Shown piece by piece: positions 1 through 10,394 of a stretch of 64,000 nt of DNA. Positions within the stretch are counted from its first letter, which is position 1. Each line of letters starts with the position of its first letter. The notes beneath the pieces are model-generated. The model saw only the letters and a program-made list of their open reading frames with translations, was not told where the DNA came from and did no database searches. The DNA is from Bacteroidales bacterium H4 (lineage in GTDB: Bacteria > Bacteroidota > Bacteroidia > Bacteroidales > Muribaculaceae): assembly GCA_001701165.1 (NCBI GenBank), contig DAAP01000044.1:2008-66007 (forward strand). The letters run 5' to 3'. The position numbers were made by a program, and so were the translations under genes.

Positions 1-2157
1 TATGTACTCGACTATGGCTCGGGCTATCGAGATGCCGTCATAAGTGGACGTTCCACGTCCCAATTCGTCAAAGAGTATCAGCGAACGTTGGCTCAAGTTG
101 TTGATGATGGATGCGGCTTCGTTCATCTCAACCATGAAGGTGGACTCGCCCAGCGAGATGTTGTCACTTGCACCTACACGCGTAAAAATCTTGTCAACCA
201 CACCTATACGGGCGCTGTCGGCCGCCACAAAGCAGCCTATCTGCGCCATCAGGACATTGAGCGCCGTCTGTCGCAGCAATGCCGACTTACCGGACATATT
301 GGGCCCGGTAATCATCAAAATTTGCGCATCGTCGTTGTTCATACACACGCTATTGGCGATATATGGCACACCTACGGGCAAGCGCCTTTCGATGACGGGA
401 TGTCGAGCCTGAACAAGGTCAAGTTCAAGGCTGTCGTCCACCACCGGGCGTGCGTAGCGGTAAGCCGTGGCCGCCGCATTGAACGACAGCAGGCAGTCCA
501 ACCGCGCCACCAGCATCGCATCGGCCTGCATAGCCGGAATATACGATGACAGCGCGGCCACCAAGTCGTTGTACAATGATGTCTCCAAGGAGGCTATGCG
601 GTCTTGCGCACCAAGTATTTTCTCCTCGTATTCCTTGAGTTCGGGGCTTATATATCGCTCGGCATTGACAAGTGTCTGCTTGCGTATCCATTCCTGAGGC
701 ACCTTGTCACGGTGCGTATTGGTGACTTCGAAGTAGTATCCGAAGACGTTGTTAAAACCTATTTTGAGCGATGATATGCCAGTAGCTTCGACTTCACGGT
801 CGCGTATCTGCGCCAAGTACTGCTTGCCGCCGGTGGCTATATGTCGCAATTCGTCCAAGGTGGCGTTGACACCTTCGCGTATGACGTCTCCGTTCCCCGG
901 CTTATTGGGGCAGTTGTCCCAAATTTCGCGTTTGATACGCGAGGCTATATCGGTGCAAGGATTGATTTGCTCGCCTATGGCACGCAACTGCGGCTGGTCG
1001 GCGCCGAGGCACAAGGTCTTGACGGGCTCGAGGGCCTCGAGTGCGGCACGCACCTGTACCACCTCGCGCGGCGTGATGCGCAGTGTGGCTATTTTGGCTA
1101 CCAGTCGGCCCAGGTCGCCTATGCGGTCCAGGAAATTGCCGACAGCTTCGGCGGCCTCGCGGTCGCGGAAGAAGTATTCCACGACATCCAGGCGGTTGTT
1201 GATTTCGCGAGGGTCGCGCAACGGCATCAGTATCCACTGGTGCAGCAGACGCGCTCCCATGGGTGTGCGCGTACGATCAAGCACGTCCAGCAAGCTCATG
1301 CCTTCTTCGCTCAGCGGCGATACCAATTCGAGATTGCGCACCGTGAAACGGTCGAGACGCACATAGCGATCTTCTTCTATGCGTGCTATGGTGTTGATGT
1401 GCCCTATATGCGTATGATTGGTAACATCGAGATAGTGCAATATGGCGCCGGCGGCGATGATACCGGCGTTCATGCGCTCAAGACCAAAGCCCTTGAGCGA
1501 CGAAGTCTCAAATTGCTTGAGCAGTCGTTCCATGGCCGCATCACGCGTAAATACCCAGTCGTCAAGTTCGAAAGTCAGATAGTGTCCCGACAATTCATCA
1601 TCGAGTCGGCGCTTGAGACCGCGTTCGACCAAGACTTCCTTGGGCGCGAACTGCGCCATAAGTTTGTCGGCATAGTCGGCATTGCCCTCGGCGGCAAGGA
1701 ACTCTCCGGTGCTGATATCCAAAAATGCTATACCCAGGGTCTTGTCGCGCCCGTGGTGTATGGACGCCAGGAAGTTGTTGAGTTTGCCGTCCAATACATT
1801 ATCACTCAGCGATACGCCGGGCGTCACCAGCTCGGTGATGCCGCGCTTGACCAGCGTCTTGGCCGTCTTGGGATCTTCGAGTTGTTCGCAAATGGCCACG
1901 CGCTTGCCCGCCCTCACCAATTTGGGCAGATAGGTATCCAAGGCATGGTGCGGGAAACCCGCCAATTCGACGTATGCCGCCGCCCCGTTGGCTCGACGGG
2001 TCAGAGTGATGCCCAAAATCTCGGAAGCGGCCAGGGCGTCATCGCTGAATGTCTCGTAGAAGTCGCCTACACGGAAAAGCATTATCGCATCGGGATGCTT
2101 GCGTTTCATCTCGATGTACTGTTTCATCAGCGGCGTCTCGGCTATTTTTTTGGCCAT
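1..2157 (-). CDS. mutS: DNA mismatch repair protein MutS (N-terminal ~719 codons; C-terminus lies beyond the left edge)
   Basis: Minus-strand translation from the ATG at 2155-2157 reads [37 protein letters not shown]. Near position 300 it gives [15 protein letters not shown] (Walker A), followed by [12 protein letters not shown]. It is absent from the ORF track because the stop codon is outside the window. The 841..2247 + ORF is its antisense shadow. Confidence 0.93.
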   Translation of the reverse strand, partial: MAKKIAETPLMKQYIEMKRKHPDAIMLFRVGDFYETFSDDALAASEILGITLTRRANGAAAYVELAGFPHHALDTYLPKLVRAGKRVAICEQLEDPKTAKTLVKRGITELVTPGVSLSDNVLDGKLNNFLASIHHGRDKTLGIAFLDISTGEFLAAEGNADYADKLMAQFAPKEVLVERGLKRRLDDELSGHYLTFELDDWVFTRDAAMERLLKQFETSSLKGFGLERMNAGIIAAGAILHYLDVTNHTHIGHINTIARIEEDRYVRLDRFTVRNLELVSPLSEEGMSLLDVLDRTRTPMGARLLHQWILMPLRDPREINNRLDVVEYFFRDREAAEAVGNFLDRIGDLGRLVAKIATLRITPREVVQVRAALEALEPVKTLCLGADQPQLRAIGEQINPCTDIASRIKREIWDNCPNKPGNGDVIREGVNATLDELRHIATGGKQYLAQIRDREVEATGISSLKIGFNNVFGYYFEVTNTHRDKVPQEWIRKQTLVNAERYISPELKEYEEKILGAQDRIASLETSLYNDLVAALSSYIPAMQADAMLVARLDCLLSFNAAATAYRYARPVVDDSLELDLVQARHPVIERRLPVGVPYIANSVCMNNDDAQILMITGPNMSGKSALLRQTALNVLMAQIGCFVAADSARIGVVDKIFTRVGASDNISLGESTFMVEMNEAASIINNLSQRSLILFDELGRGTSTYDGISIARAIVEYI

Positions 2158-2295
2158 GGTATAATTGTCTTGTTATTTTCCGGGGTACAAAAGGACGGCG
2201 CTTGTACATCCGCCCGTGGTCGTATGTTGCAAATATCCGGATTTTAGCTTTTTGCCAAGTCCGGGGGCATTCCTCGACTTGTCGCAATCATCGAC

Positions 2296-3021
2296 CTATC
2301 GCAAAAATTCGCGTGCTTTCTCAATGTCTCCGGCATGATCCACATCCAGGATTTTGCCCATATCGAAGGCACGAAGGCGCTGTCCGGCAGCCACAAGAGC
2401 GCGTTGGTAGTTGCGCATACGGCTGACGCCCTCATCGATGCAGCGGCGCAGGATGTCCACAGCAACGGGGCGCAATCCGTATATGCCGCCCGAGACATAC
2501 CGCACGCCATCCCACGGCGCATCGCGGAAGGCGGTGATGATGCCGTCGGCTGCGGTGTCCACATATAAAGGCTTTTCGTCATCTATGTATGTGGTGACAG
2601 CCATACATCCGTCTATATCGTCAGGCGCCTCAGCAAAGGCCTGCACATAACGGGCAAAGTCTTCCTCGCGGAAAATGGTGTCTACCGTGGTAAGTATAAA
2701 CCGTCCGTCGCCACCATCGGCATTGTCTTCGCCGAAAGTGCGCGATACTTCGTAGAAGCTGTGCATCGAGCTTGGCGTGGTTTTAACCACCAGCTTCAGA
2801 GGCACATCCAACTGCGGCTGCAAGGCTTCGACATACCGACGCACATCGGTCATATGCTCGTTGACGATGACGCTGATGCGTTGGGCGGCGTTGGCCATGA
2901 AAATATCTATGAGACGGCGTATCATAGGACGGCCGTCAATATCTACCAACGGCTTGGGCATTGGGATGCCTTCTTGTACCAGTCGGCTGCCTTCTCCGGC
3001 AGCTATAATTGCGTAATTCAT
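2296..3021 (-). CDS. Nucleotidyltransferase-family protein (sugar-phosphate NTP-transferase fold)
   Basis: The N-terminus MNYAIIAAGEGSRLVQEGIPMPKPLVDIDGRPMI matches the G-x-G-[ST]-R-L...K-P-L signature of NTP-transferase enzymes. Substrate unknown. Confidence 0.6.
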   Translation of the reverse strand: MNYAIIAAGEGSRLVQEGIPMPKPLVDIDGRPMIRRLIDIFMANAAQRISVIVNEHMTDVRRYVEALQPQLDVPLKLVVKTTPSSMHSFYEVSRTFGEDNADGGDGRFILTTVDTIFREEDFARYVQAFAEAPDDIDGCMAVTTYIDDEKPLYVDTAADGIITAFRDAPWDGVRYVSGGIYGLRPVAVDILRRCIDEGVSRMRNYQRALVAAGQRLRAFDMGKILDVDHAGDIEKAREFLR

Positions 3022-3125
3022 TGATGCGTAAGATTCTGCTTTTGATATGGAATGCGCTGTCTGCCGACTGTTGCGCGTATTTGCGCCATCGTCGACACGG
3101 CTCGTACCACCGCCGATGCGGATGG

Positions 3126-4427
3126 TTATTCGTCTTTGGTCAGGTCAAGCACCACATTGTCCGACCCTTTGTCATAATACTGGCGACGTAGAGGATTGCG
3201 GAGGGCCTCGGCATCATTGGCACGGGCGCGGAAGATGTCCAAGGCTGCATATATTGCATGCATCATGCTCTGCGGGTCGGCCTCACCCTTGCCGGCAATG
3301 TCGTAGGCGGTACCATGGTCAGGCGAGGTGCGTACATAAGGCAGTCCGGCGGTGAAATTGACACCATCGTCCATAGACATAGCCTTGAACGGCGCCAAAC
3401 CCTGGTCGTGGTACATGGCCAGTACTGCGTCAAAGTGTGTGTATGCAGCCATGCCGAAGAAACCGTCAGCTGCATACGGCCCGAAGGCCATAATGCGGCC
3501 TTCGCGGGCCTTAGCTATGGCCGGGGTTATGATGTCGCGCTCCTCAGCGCCCAGCAGCCCGTCGTCGCCGGCATGAGGATTGAGGGCGAGTACCGCTATA
3601 CGGGGATTGTATATCGCGAAATCGCGGCGCAACGAGGCATCCAGCAGTACTATTTTTTCAAGTACGCTGTCGGTAGTGATGGCAGCAGCCACATCGGCAA
3701 GAGGCAGATGTGTCGTGGCCAAAGCCACGCGCATGCGGTCGTTGAAAAGTATCATCAGTGCTTTGACGGGCACGGGCAGGCGCTCGGGCAGGCGCTCTCG
3801 GCTACGACCGCGACGTTTCGATTTGCCATCGGCGGCCTCGGGTGCGGCCTGCGTCACAGACGTTTCCTCAGTCCCGGCAAGCGTTGTCTCGGCAGTCACG
3901 GCCTCGGCTACAATTTCCGTGCCGTTGTCTGCGGCCACTATTTCTGCCTGAGCCTCAATCGCAATGTCCGCATCGGGCTCGGACGGGGCAAATTTGTGCT
4001 CCAAGTACTCCGTATGTCCGGCAAAATGAAAGTCCTCACCTTGGATGTTATGCTTGTTGATGGGAGCAGTGACCAATACGTCCACATCTCCGGCGGCAAG
4101 GGCGGCGGTGGCGGCCTCGAGTGCTTCGAAAGCAGCACGACCGGCTGCTGCTGTACTCTCTCCCGGTTCGATGGCGAGGTTATCCGCACCTACATTGACC
4201 ACGTTGACGACTCCGTCGCGCAATTGCTTGGTGTCATTGGCATGTGCAATCTGTATTTGCGACATTTGCAGTCCCTTGCGGTAGAAGGACACGGCCTTTG
4301 CATTGGCAAAAACTACCGGAGTGCATAATTCAAGTATCCGATTGTCTTCCATGGCCTTGAGAATCACCTCGAGGCCTATGCCGTTGGTGTCGCCCTGAGT
4401 GATGGCGACTCTGATTTTATTCTTCAT
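3126..4427 (-). CDS. pdxA: 4-hydroxythreonine-4-phosphate dehydrogenase PdxA, with a ~74-codon low-complexity insertion
   Basis: Contains IRVAITQGDTNGIGLEVILK, VTAPINKHNI, GHTEYL, ATTHLPLADV, LNPHAGDDGLLG, YHDQGLAPFK and VRTSPDHGTAYDIAGKG. I chose the MKNKIRV start at 4427 rather than the ORF-track ATG at 4466. Confidence 0.85.
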   Translation of the reverse strand: MKNKIRVAITQGDTNGIGLEVILKAMEDNRILELCTPVVFANAKAVSFYRKGLQMSQIQIAHANDTKQLRDGVVNVVNVGADNLAIEPGESTAAAGRAAFEALEAATAALAAGDVDVLVTAPINKHNIQGEDFHFAGHTEYLEHKFAPSEPDADIAIEAQAEIVAADNGTEIVAEAVTAETTLAGTEETSVTQAAPEAADGKSKRRGRSRERLPERLPVPVKALMILFNDRMRVALATTHLPLADVAAAITTDSVLEKIVLLDASLRRDFAIYNPRIAVLALNPHAGDDGLLGAEERDIITPAIAKAREGRIMAFGPYAADGFFGMAAYTHFDAVLAMYHDQGLAPFKAMSMDDGVNFTAGLPYVRTSPDHGTAYDIAGKGEADPQSMMHAIYAALDIFRARANDAEALRNPLRRQYYDKGSDNVVLDLTKDE

Positions 4428-5559
4428 CTTGGTATGGTGGTTGCTGTTTCTTGGCCGCCCCGGCAAGCATACCGCAGGCAGCCATAATGTCCTGTCCGCG
4501 CGAAGCGCGTATCGTGGCGGTGATACCCAAGTCGTTGAGTCCGTCGCGGAAGTTCTCCTGAACGCGTCGCAACGACGGACGCAGGCTGTCTCCGCCTATG
4601 GGATGATAGGGAATGATATTGACCCGTGCATCGGTGCCGCGCAACAGGCGTGCAAGGGCACGCATGCTTTGCGGCGTGTCGTTGACGCCGTCCCAAAGGA
4701 TGTATTCCACTGACAGGCGGCGCTGATGCGCAAAGTCGTAGTCCCGCAACAGCGCCATGACTTCGCGTATAGGAAAAGCTTTTTGCACCGGCATCAGCGC
4801 TTGACGCTGCTCGGCATCGGCCGAATGGACGCTGATGGCTATATGCACCGAGGTCTTGTCAAGCAGTCGCCGCAACCCGGGGATATTGCCCACGGTGGAC
4901 ACGGTAATGCGTTTGGGACTCCAAGCCAAACCCCACGGGGCGGTAAGAATCTCGATGGTGTTGAGCACGGCGTCGAGGTTGTCTGTAGGTTCGCCCATGC
5001 CCATGAATACGACATTCGTAAGGTCGCGGCTCTGCGGTATGGATAGTATCTGGTTAATAATCTGCGCAGTAGTCAGATTTCCGTGGAAGCCCTGACGTCC
5101 GGTCATACAAAAAGCGCAATTCATCTTGCATCCGGCCTGCGAGGACACGCACAGGGTGGCGCGGCCGTCTTTCTCGGGGATGTACACCGACTCGACATCG
5201 CGTCCGCCACAACCGCGAAAGAGGTACTTGACCGTGCCGTCGCGCGATGCCGTGGACGCCAAGGGTTCTTCGCGTCCGACGACATACCCGGCCTGCGCCA
5301 AACGGATGCGTCCCTGCTTGGACAGATCGGTCATCTCGTCTACGGACGTGGCACGTCCTACATAGAGCCACCGCGCCATCTGCTTTCCGGCAAAACGCGG
5401 CAACCCCACGGACACGGCCACCTCGGACAACTGCTCCGGTGTCAGCCCTATCAGCGGACGGCGCACATGTTCATCGATGACGGCAGCCTCGGAATCAGAA
5501 GCCTTGGCTTCTACAGCCTCGGTGACGGCTTCGGCCCGGATGTCTCGGTTAGCCGGCAT
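4417..5559 (-). CDS. rlmN: 23S rRNA/tRNA (adenine-C2)-methyltransferase RlmN (radical SAM)
   Basis: Radical-SAM cysteine triad in SSQAGCKMNCAFCMTG. Also has GMGEP and the C-terminal catalytic cysteine context ASRGQDIMAACGML. Carries a ~35-aa acidic/Ala-rich N-terminal extension. Confidence 0.9.
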   Translation of the reverse strand: MPANRDIRAEAVTEAVEAKASDSEAAVIDEHVRRPLIGLTPEQLSEVAVSVGLPRFAGKQMARWLYVGRATSVDEMTDLSKQGRIRLAQAGYVVGREEPLASTASRDGTVKYLFRGCGGRDVESVYIPEKDGRATLCVSSQAGCKMNCAFCMTGRQGFHGNLTTAQIINQILSIPQSRDLTNVVFMGMGEPTDNLDAVLNTIEILTAPWGLAWSPKRITVSTVGNIPGLRRLLDKTSVHIAISVHSADAEQRQALMPVQKAFPIREVMALLRDYDFAHQRRLSVEYILWDGVNDTPQSMRALARLLRGTDARVNIIPYHPIGGDSLRPSLRRVQENFRDGLNDLGITATIRASRGQDIMAACGMLAGAAKKQQPPYQDEE

Positions 5560-5562
5560 CGT

Positions 5563-6003
5563 TTATTCGCCGGGCACTACCTTGTCAAGATACCACTTGC
5601 CGCCGATGCGTTTAAACTCGAAAGTGTGTGTCACGTACGAGTCCACCCATCCACAGTCAAGGTATACCTGCGTGTACTGGATTTCGCCCCAAGCCTGATA
5701 GTATTCGTCATCGTCCTTGGCAAAGGGCCGCTTGGCCGTGAAATTGTCGGGCACAAGCAGCGAAGCATATTTCTCGCGCTGGTCGTCGGTAAGACGCACA
5801 CGCGATTCCATAAATGCGGAATCCGTGGAGAATTTGCCGATGAAGGTCTTGAAGGCTTCGGGTCCCTGGTTGCAGGGAGCCTTGGCGGACATAACTTTGG
5901 CCACGGTGGCATCCACTTCGGCAGCGGTCTGTCCCTTTGCATCCATGGCGGTGCACATTAGCGCCGCAAGAGCAGCTATAAATAAAAACTTGCGCATAAT
6001 CAA
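5563..6003 (-). CDS. Secreted hypothetical protein
   Basis: Signal peptide MIMRKFLFIAALAALMCTAMDAKGQ. Codon usage is consistent with neighbouring genes, and the gap to rlmN is only 3 bp. Confidence 0.6.
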   Translation of the reverse strand: MIMRKFLFIAALAALMCTAMDAKGQTAAEVDATVAKVMSAKAPCNQGPEAFKTFIGKFSTDSAFMESRVRLTDDQREKYASLLVPDNFTAKRPFAKDDDEYYQAWGEIQYTQVYLDCGWVDSYVTHTFEFKRIGGKWYLDKVVPGE

Positions 6004-6081
6004 ATTGGTTTTTATTTGATTGTTATATAACGTACTATAAATCTTTCATCATCCAACGGCACATGCCCGGCATGCAACACG

Positions 6082-6519
6082 TCAGAGGGTTTCGAGTATA
6101 TGGAGTCCGACAAACAAGGTGACAAACACCAGTGCCAAAGTCCCGGCAGCAATAACCGAAGTAATGGCGAGGTTGCGCATATTGCCGGGCCGCAGACGGC
6201 AGCCTATGGCTGACAGCACTATGGCCACCACATCAAAGGACATCGAAGCCCATTCGCTGAACACCAGGAAGGCCCAGGCCAAGAGCGTGCATACCGCACC
6301 GCCTATGGCCATATAGCGCAACGCAGGAGACCGGAATACGGGGGTGGCCTCTGTCGCCTCGGCCTGCGGCATTTCTTCTGTCTCCGACATTACCTCAGCC
6401 TGCGGCATTTCCTCGGTAGGTGCAGCTGGTGCTTCCGGCATTTCGGTCTCGGAGGCCTGTAAGGACTCGGCCGGCGTGAGTTGGTCCACGGTCTTGGGTG
6501 TGTCGTTATCGGTAGTCAT
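6082..6519 (-). CDS. Membrane protein with an acidic, repetitive N-terminal tail
   Basis: N-terminal repeats (TEEMPQAE twice, plus ETEMPEAP) are followed by about four hydrophobic helices (AIGGAVCTLLAWAFLVF, VVAIVLSAIG, AITSVIAAGTLALVFVTLFVGL). Confidence 0.5.
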   Translation of the reverse strand: MTTDNDTPKTVDQLTPAESLQASETEMPEAPAAPTEEMPQAEVMSETEEMPQAEATEATPVFRSPALRYMAIGGAVCTLLAWAFLVFSEWASMSFDVVAIVLSAIGCRLRPGNMRNLAITSVIAAGTLALVFVTLFVGLHILETL

Positions 6520-6785
6520 GCGTTCCTATGTTTGTTTTGTACAATTATCTGCGTTTTGTCAGATGGTCGGAAATGTCGCAACCGCGGCGGTCAAAGGGCT
6601 GCACGTAGCGGCGGCATTGGCATCCGGACGTTTTATCTTGCGAAGTTACGAAATTCTCGCCATATACGCTCCTTTCAACCCGATATTTCTTTTGCTGCAA
6701 CAAAAGGGAAGTGTGTGGAAAGTGTGTGCTTGCCGCCAAATCGTATGTATCGAGGGAAGCCGTGACGGATTATGACGGACAGCAA

Positions 6786-7529
6786 TCAGACTGTGGCGGA
6801 GGCAACGGCATTGACGATGACGCCGGCAAGGGCGAGGCCGAAGGCGGCAGTGGCAAAGACTACCGTACCGTTGGGACGCTTGGCGCCGTTGACGGTGACT
6901 TCGCTCTCGGCGAGACGGACGTTGGGCACTTGCTGCGGCGAGTAGGCGCAGCTGAATTTGCGCTTGGGAAAGATGCCGCTACGGCGAAAGCGTTGTCGCA
7001 AAGCACGGGCCAGCGGGTCGCCCTCTACTTTCCAAAATTCGGCAATGCGTATCTGCGTGAGGTCTGTCTTGCAGGCGGCACCCATGCTCGAGACGAGACG
7101 GGCCGAAGATGCCGTGGCATTGCATATCAGCAGGGCTTTGTCTGCAACCGAGTCGATGGCGTCGACCACCCAGTCATATGCTTCGAGGTCGAAATCAGCA
7201 GCAGTGTCGGCGGTGTATATGCCATGCACCGGCCGGACATCGATATCAGGATTTATGGAACGCAGGCGCTCGGCGGCGACATCCACTTTGGGACGTCCTA
7301 TGGTCTCGGAGGTGGCTATAAGCTGGCGATTGATGTTGCCGGGCGCCACAATATCGCTGTCCACAAGTGTTATATGGCCTACGCCACTGCGTGCCAGTGC
7401 TTCGGCGCACCACGACCCTACGCCTCCTATACCGAAGACGATGACACGAAGGCGACCGAGCCGCTCGAGGGCCGTTTGGCCCAAGAGCAGCTCGGTGCGA
7501 TCGAAGTATTGAGATGTGTCTGTGTTCAC
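6786..7529 (-). CDS. tcdA: tRNA threonylcarbamoyladenosine dehydratase (ThiF/MoeB-family, TcdA/CsdL-like)
   Basis: Rossmann motif VIVFGIGGVGSWCAEALARSGVGHITLVDSD, followed by NINRQ. The size (247 aa) is typical for the family. Confidence 0.8.
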   Translation of the reverse strand: MNTDTSQYFDRTELLLGQTALERLGRLRVIVFGIGGVGSWCAEALARSGVGHITLVDSDIVAPGNINRQLIATSETIGRPKVDVAAERLRSINPDIDVRPVHGIYTADTAADFDLEAYDWVVDAIDSVADKALLICNATASSARLVSSMGAACKTDLTQIRIAEFWKVEGDPLARALRQRFRRSGIFPKRKFSCAYSPQQVPNVRLAESEVTVNGAKRPNGTVVFATAAFGLALAGVIVNAVASATV

Positions 7530-9937
7530 TTGACAAGTACGCGGCGGCTGAAGTCGTCAACAACAACGATGTACAGACCTTTGGCAAGGTCGAGAGCATT
7601 GTCTCCGGCGTTCAGCGTACCATTGAAATATGTAATGCCGTCGATGCCGTATACTTGCACTTCGGCCTGCTCGCTAAGGCTGACAACGAGTTGACCGTTG
7701 AGACTGTATGCCGTCCAAGCGTGATAGTCGCTTTCGACGCCTGCGATACCGCCACGATAGTGGGATATGGCGATATTGTCGAAGTGTGCACGGGCGCCTG
7801 CGGTCTGCACAAAGCGCACGCGGACATCTCCGCTGACATTGGCGGTGACGGTGTACTTCTTGTAGGCTTCGCCCTTGGGCAGAGTGATGTTCGCTACTGT
7901 CTTCCAGTTGTTAGCGCCATCGCCGGAGCATTCCACCTTGAATTCGCATGCAGCATCGCCATCCCAAGCCTTGGCATAGAAGGTGATTTCGCCTACGCCG
8001 CCGGCAATGTCTTCGGCCGTCTCGAAGGACGAAGAAGCGCTCTTACCCAAGCGCATGTAATTTGAACCTTCATAAGCTTTCTTACTTTCGGCAAATACGC
8101 CTGCATCATGGAGGTTCCAGACGCACATTGTGCCTTTTACAGTATTCTTATTGTAGCTGCCGCTTGCTTCTGCCTCGAAGTCCTCGACGAAGTCGATGGC
8201 TTCGGTGACCTTGGCCGATACTTCAGCCTCATCGGTGGTATAAGTCTCGCCTTTGGCTGTCGTGGCGGTGGCTATGATGGAGCTGGCGAAGGTGCCGGCT
8301 TTGGCGCTGTTGACGCGGATGTATATGCGGTCTTCCTCTGGTTTGATGACGATTTTCTGCGACCATTCGGCCTTATCGGAGGACAGTTCGAACGGAGCTT
8401 TAACCTCAATAGTAATGTCGGAGGTGATGTTCTCGACCCCTACGAGTAGCTCCTCGGCCTCGGAAGGTATGCCCGGCTCGGCCACCAGCGACAACTCGCC
8501 GTCGTACATGAAATCGATAGATGGTATCGGGGCTGCAGTGGTGACGTTGATTTTACCTGAAGTCAACGTCTTGGATTTTACGTAATATGTGTAGGCCGTT
8601 TCGGGTGATAAGTCGCTGCAGATGTATTGCTCGTCTTTAGCCTTGACCGTACGCGGATATGAAGCAACGGCATTGCCTTCGGCATCGAGTACATAAATTG
8701 TATATGTGCCGTCAGCTGCTTCGTCGCCTACGTAAGTCCAGTGTGCGATGAAGCTTTCGTCGCTAATGTCGGTAGCAGCTCCCACGGGCAGTCCGGTCAT
8801 GGCGTTGGCGGTCAACTTGACCGTAGTCTTGGCCGTTCCGGAAGTGAGGGTGAGCGTTCCGACTGCGACACCGGCTGCAGGTGCCGTATAATTCAGGGTG
8901 AGTATGGCGCCGTCAGTAGTCATGGACGCATCGGCGGCTATGGAGGTCGTGCCGGCGGCAAATCCGGCACCGCTGACGCTGACGCTGATGGCTTCCTTGA
9001 GGCCTTCGGCCTTGACGGTCACCGCCTTGGTGCGTGCCAAGCCTACGGCCGTAACGCCGAAGTCAACAGTACTGCCATCCGTGGGAAGCAGGAAGGCCGG
9101 GTCGGCGCTGATATTGGTAGACCAGTTTTGGCCCTTCTTGTTGCCCCAGATGTATTCGGCCAATTCGGGGTGGTCGATGAAGGGGTTGCGGTTGTGCTGT
9201 GCGCCGTATACGACTTCCTGACGGTCAAGTTCCTTTTGGCTGACCGGATCTTCGCGATGCCATTTCAACAGCAGGTTGATGGCCCATGACGAGAAGGCGG
9301 GGTAGTTGTTGCCGGACAGCATCGGGGATTTCCATCCGGCGATTTTGTCATTATAGGCCGCCGCCATATAAAAATACGAGCGGGCAAAGTCACCTTTATA
9401 CTGATCGTCCGGCTCGAATACCGTGCCCGAATACCCGGGGAAGGTGCAGCTGCCGAGGCGTCCGAGAGCCTTCACACTGCCGTTTGAAGGCAAGGTCGTA
9501 CCATTGGCACATTCGCCGTAAGGGAAGTTGGAGCGCTGTCCGTTGACTTTACCATCGGTGGGATAGATGTGGAAAGCCTCGCTGTACATAGGCTGAGCAT
9601 CATTGAACCAGCTCTTGGGGAACGAGTGCTCGCGATTATAGCAATCACCTACTTTTTTGTAATTGCCGCAAGTGATGCCCGGTTTCCAATGTTTTGTCGA
9701 ATACATATCCCAGATGGTTCCATCGGAATACACATCGGAGGTTTTATAGAGGCTGAGCAGACCGTTGTAGCCCACGTTGATGTGGTCTCCGACCTTTTTG
9801 CAGAGGGCGGAGAGCAGTGCGGCCCCCGACTTGTTTTCGCAAGTGGAGTAGTAGCCCGCCGGCTCAGCGGCGAAAGCCACGGCTGTCGACGCTAAAGCCA
9901 GCGCCAGGACAGCACCTTTTAAGTACCGTAAAATCAT
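7526..9937 (-). CDS. Extracellular endonuclease I-family nuclease with Ig/FN3-like domains and a T9SS C-terminal sorting domain
   Basis: Endonuclease-I blocks: YNREHSFPKSWF, FHIYPTDGKVNGQRSNFPYGE and AQHNRNPFIDHPELAEYIWG. The signal peptide starts at the internal MILRYLKGAVLALALASTAVAFA (ATG at 9937). The C-terminus ...LAKGLYIVVVDDFSRRVLVK is typical of a T9SS CTD. A 4-nt overlap with tcdA suggests co-transcription. Confidence 0.8.
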   Translation of the reverse strand: MILRYLKGAVLALALASTAVAFAAEPAGYYSTCENKSGAALLSALCKKVGDHINVGYNGLLSLYKTSDVYSDGTIWDMYSTKHWKPGITCGNYKKVGDCYNREHSFPKSWFNDAQPMYSEAFHIYPTDGKVNGQRSNFPYGECANGTTLPSNGSVKALGRLGSCTFPGYSGTVFEPDDQYKGDFARSYFYMAAAYNDKIAGWKSPMLSGNNYPAFSSWAINLLLKWHREDPVSQKELDRQEVVYGAQHNRNPFIDHPELAEYIWGNKKGQNWSTNISADPAFLLPTDGSTVDFGVTAVGLARTKAVTVKAEGLKEAISVSVSGAGFAAGTTSIAADASMTTDGAILTLNYTAPAAGVAVGTLTLTSGTAKTTVKLTANAMTGLPVGAATDISDESFIAHWTYVGDEAADGTYTIYVLDAEGNAVASYPRTVKAKDEQYICSDLSPETAYTYYVKSKTLTSGKINVTTAAPIPSIDFMYDGELSLVAEPGIPSEAEELLVGVENITSDITIEVKAPFELSSDKAEWSQKIVIKPEEDRIYIRVNSAKAGTFASSIIATATTAKGETYTTDEAEVSAKVTEAIDFVEDFEAEASGSYNKNTVKGTMCVWNLHDAGVFAESKKAYEGSNYMRLGKSASSSFETAEDIAGGVGEITFYAKAWDGDAACEFKVECSGDGANNWKTVANITLPKGEAYKKYTVTANVSGDVRVRFVQTAGARAHFDNIAISHYRGGIAGVESDYHAWTAYSLNGQLVVSLSEQAEVQVYGIDGITYFNGTLNAGDNALDLAKGLYIVVVDDFSRRVLVK

Positions 9938-10377
9938 GATACGATTGGTTTGTTGTTTTATGTGTTTCGGTTTCTTTGTACTAATGCTCGGTTGCTCTAA
10001 GCGTATCGAATTCCGTACCCAATATGGCATCCTCCTTTACGGCGTCCTATTGCATCTATTTTGGGCAGGCGTGAACTCCTCGGTTTTTTAGGGCAATGGA
10101 CTGCAAAGGTACGCAAAATCTCCGACCCGCCAAGCACTTTGCCAAAAAAATCGCGCCGGCATCGAAATAACGGCTCGTCAGGGACGCAATACATTGCCCT
10201 CGCGCAGCAGGAAGCTAATACGCGGAAGAACTTCGCCCGTGGGAACTCCAAAAAACAGCCAAACTTATAGGTGGTAAACCAATAGCAATCAGACAAATAA
10301 CACAAATAGACAGTAAGCAAATCGGGAATGGAGAGCGAATTACGAAAATTTTTCTTTGATAATTGGAGGGGAAGTCG

Positions 10378-10385
10378 TAACTTTG
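10378..10385 (+). promoter_or_regulatory. Bacteroidetes-type -7 promoter box (TAACTTTG)
   Basis: Exact match to TAnnTTTG, about 10 nt upstream of the first riboswitch helix. Confidence 0.45.
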
Positions 10386-10394
10386 CGGCGCAAA

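Noticed and set aside
841-2247. 468-aa plus-strand ORF overlapping mutS
   Set aside because: It is the antisense shadow of the minus-strand mutS frame. Its composition is biased and lacks motifs, whereas the opposite strand gives a textbook MutS N-terminus.
3774-3797. Short tandem repeats (here, at 31111-31158 and at 29403-29424), considered as possible CRISPR-like or satellite arrays
   Set aside because: They have only two to four copies, no spacers, and are in frame within coding sequence or adjacent to it. There are no cas genes in the window.
3258-4328. 356-aa plus-strand ORF inside pdxA
   Set aside because: It is antisense to a well-supported pdxA frame. Long shadow ORFs of this kind are typical of GC-rich, codon-biased DNA.
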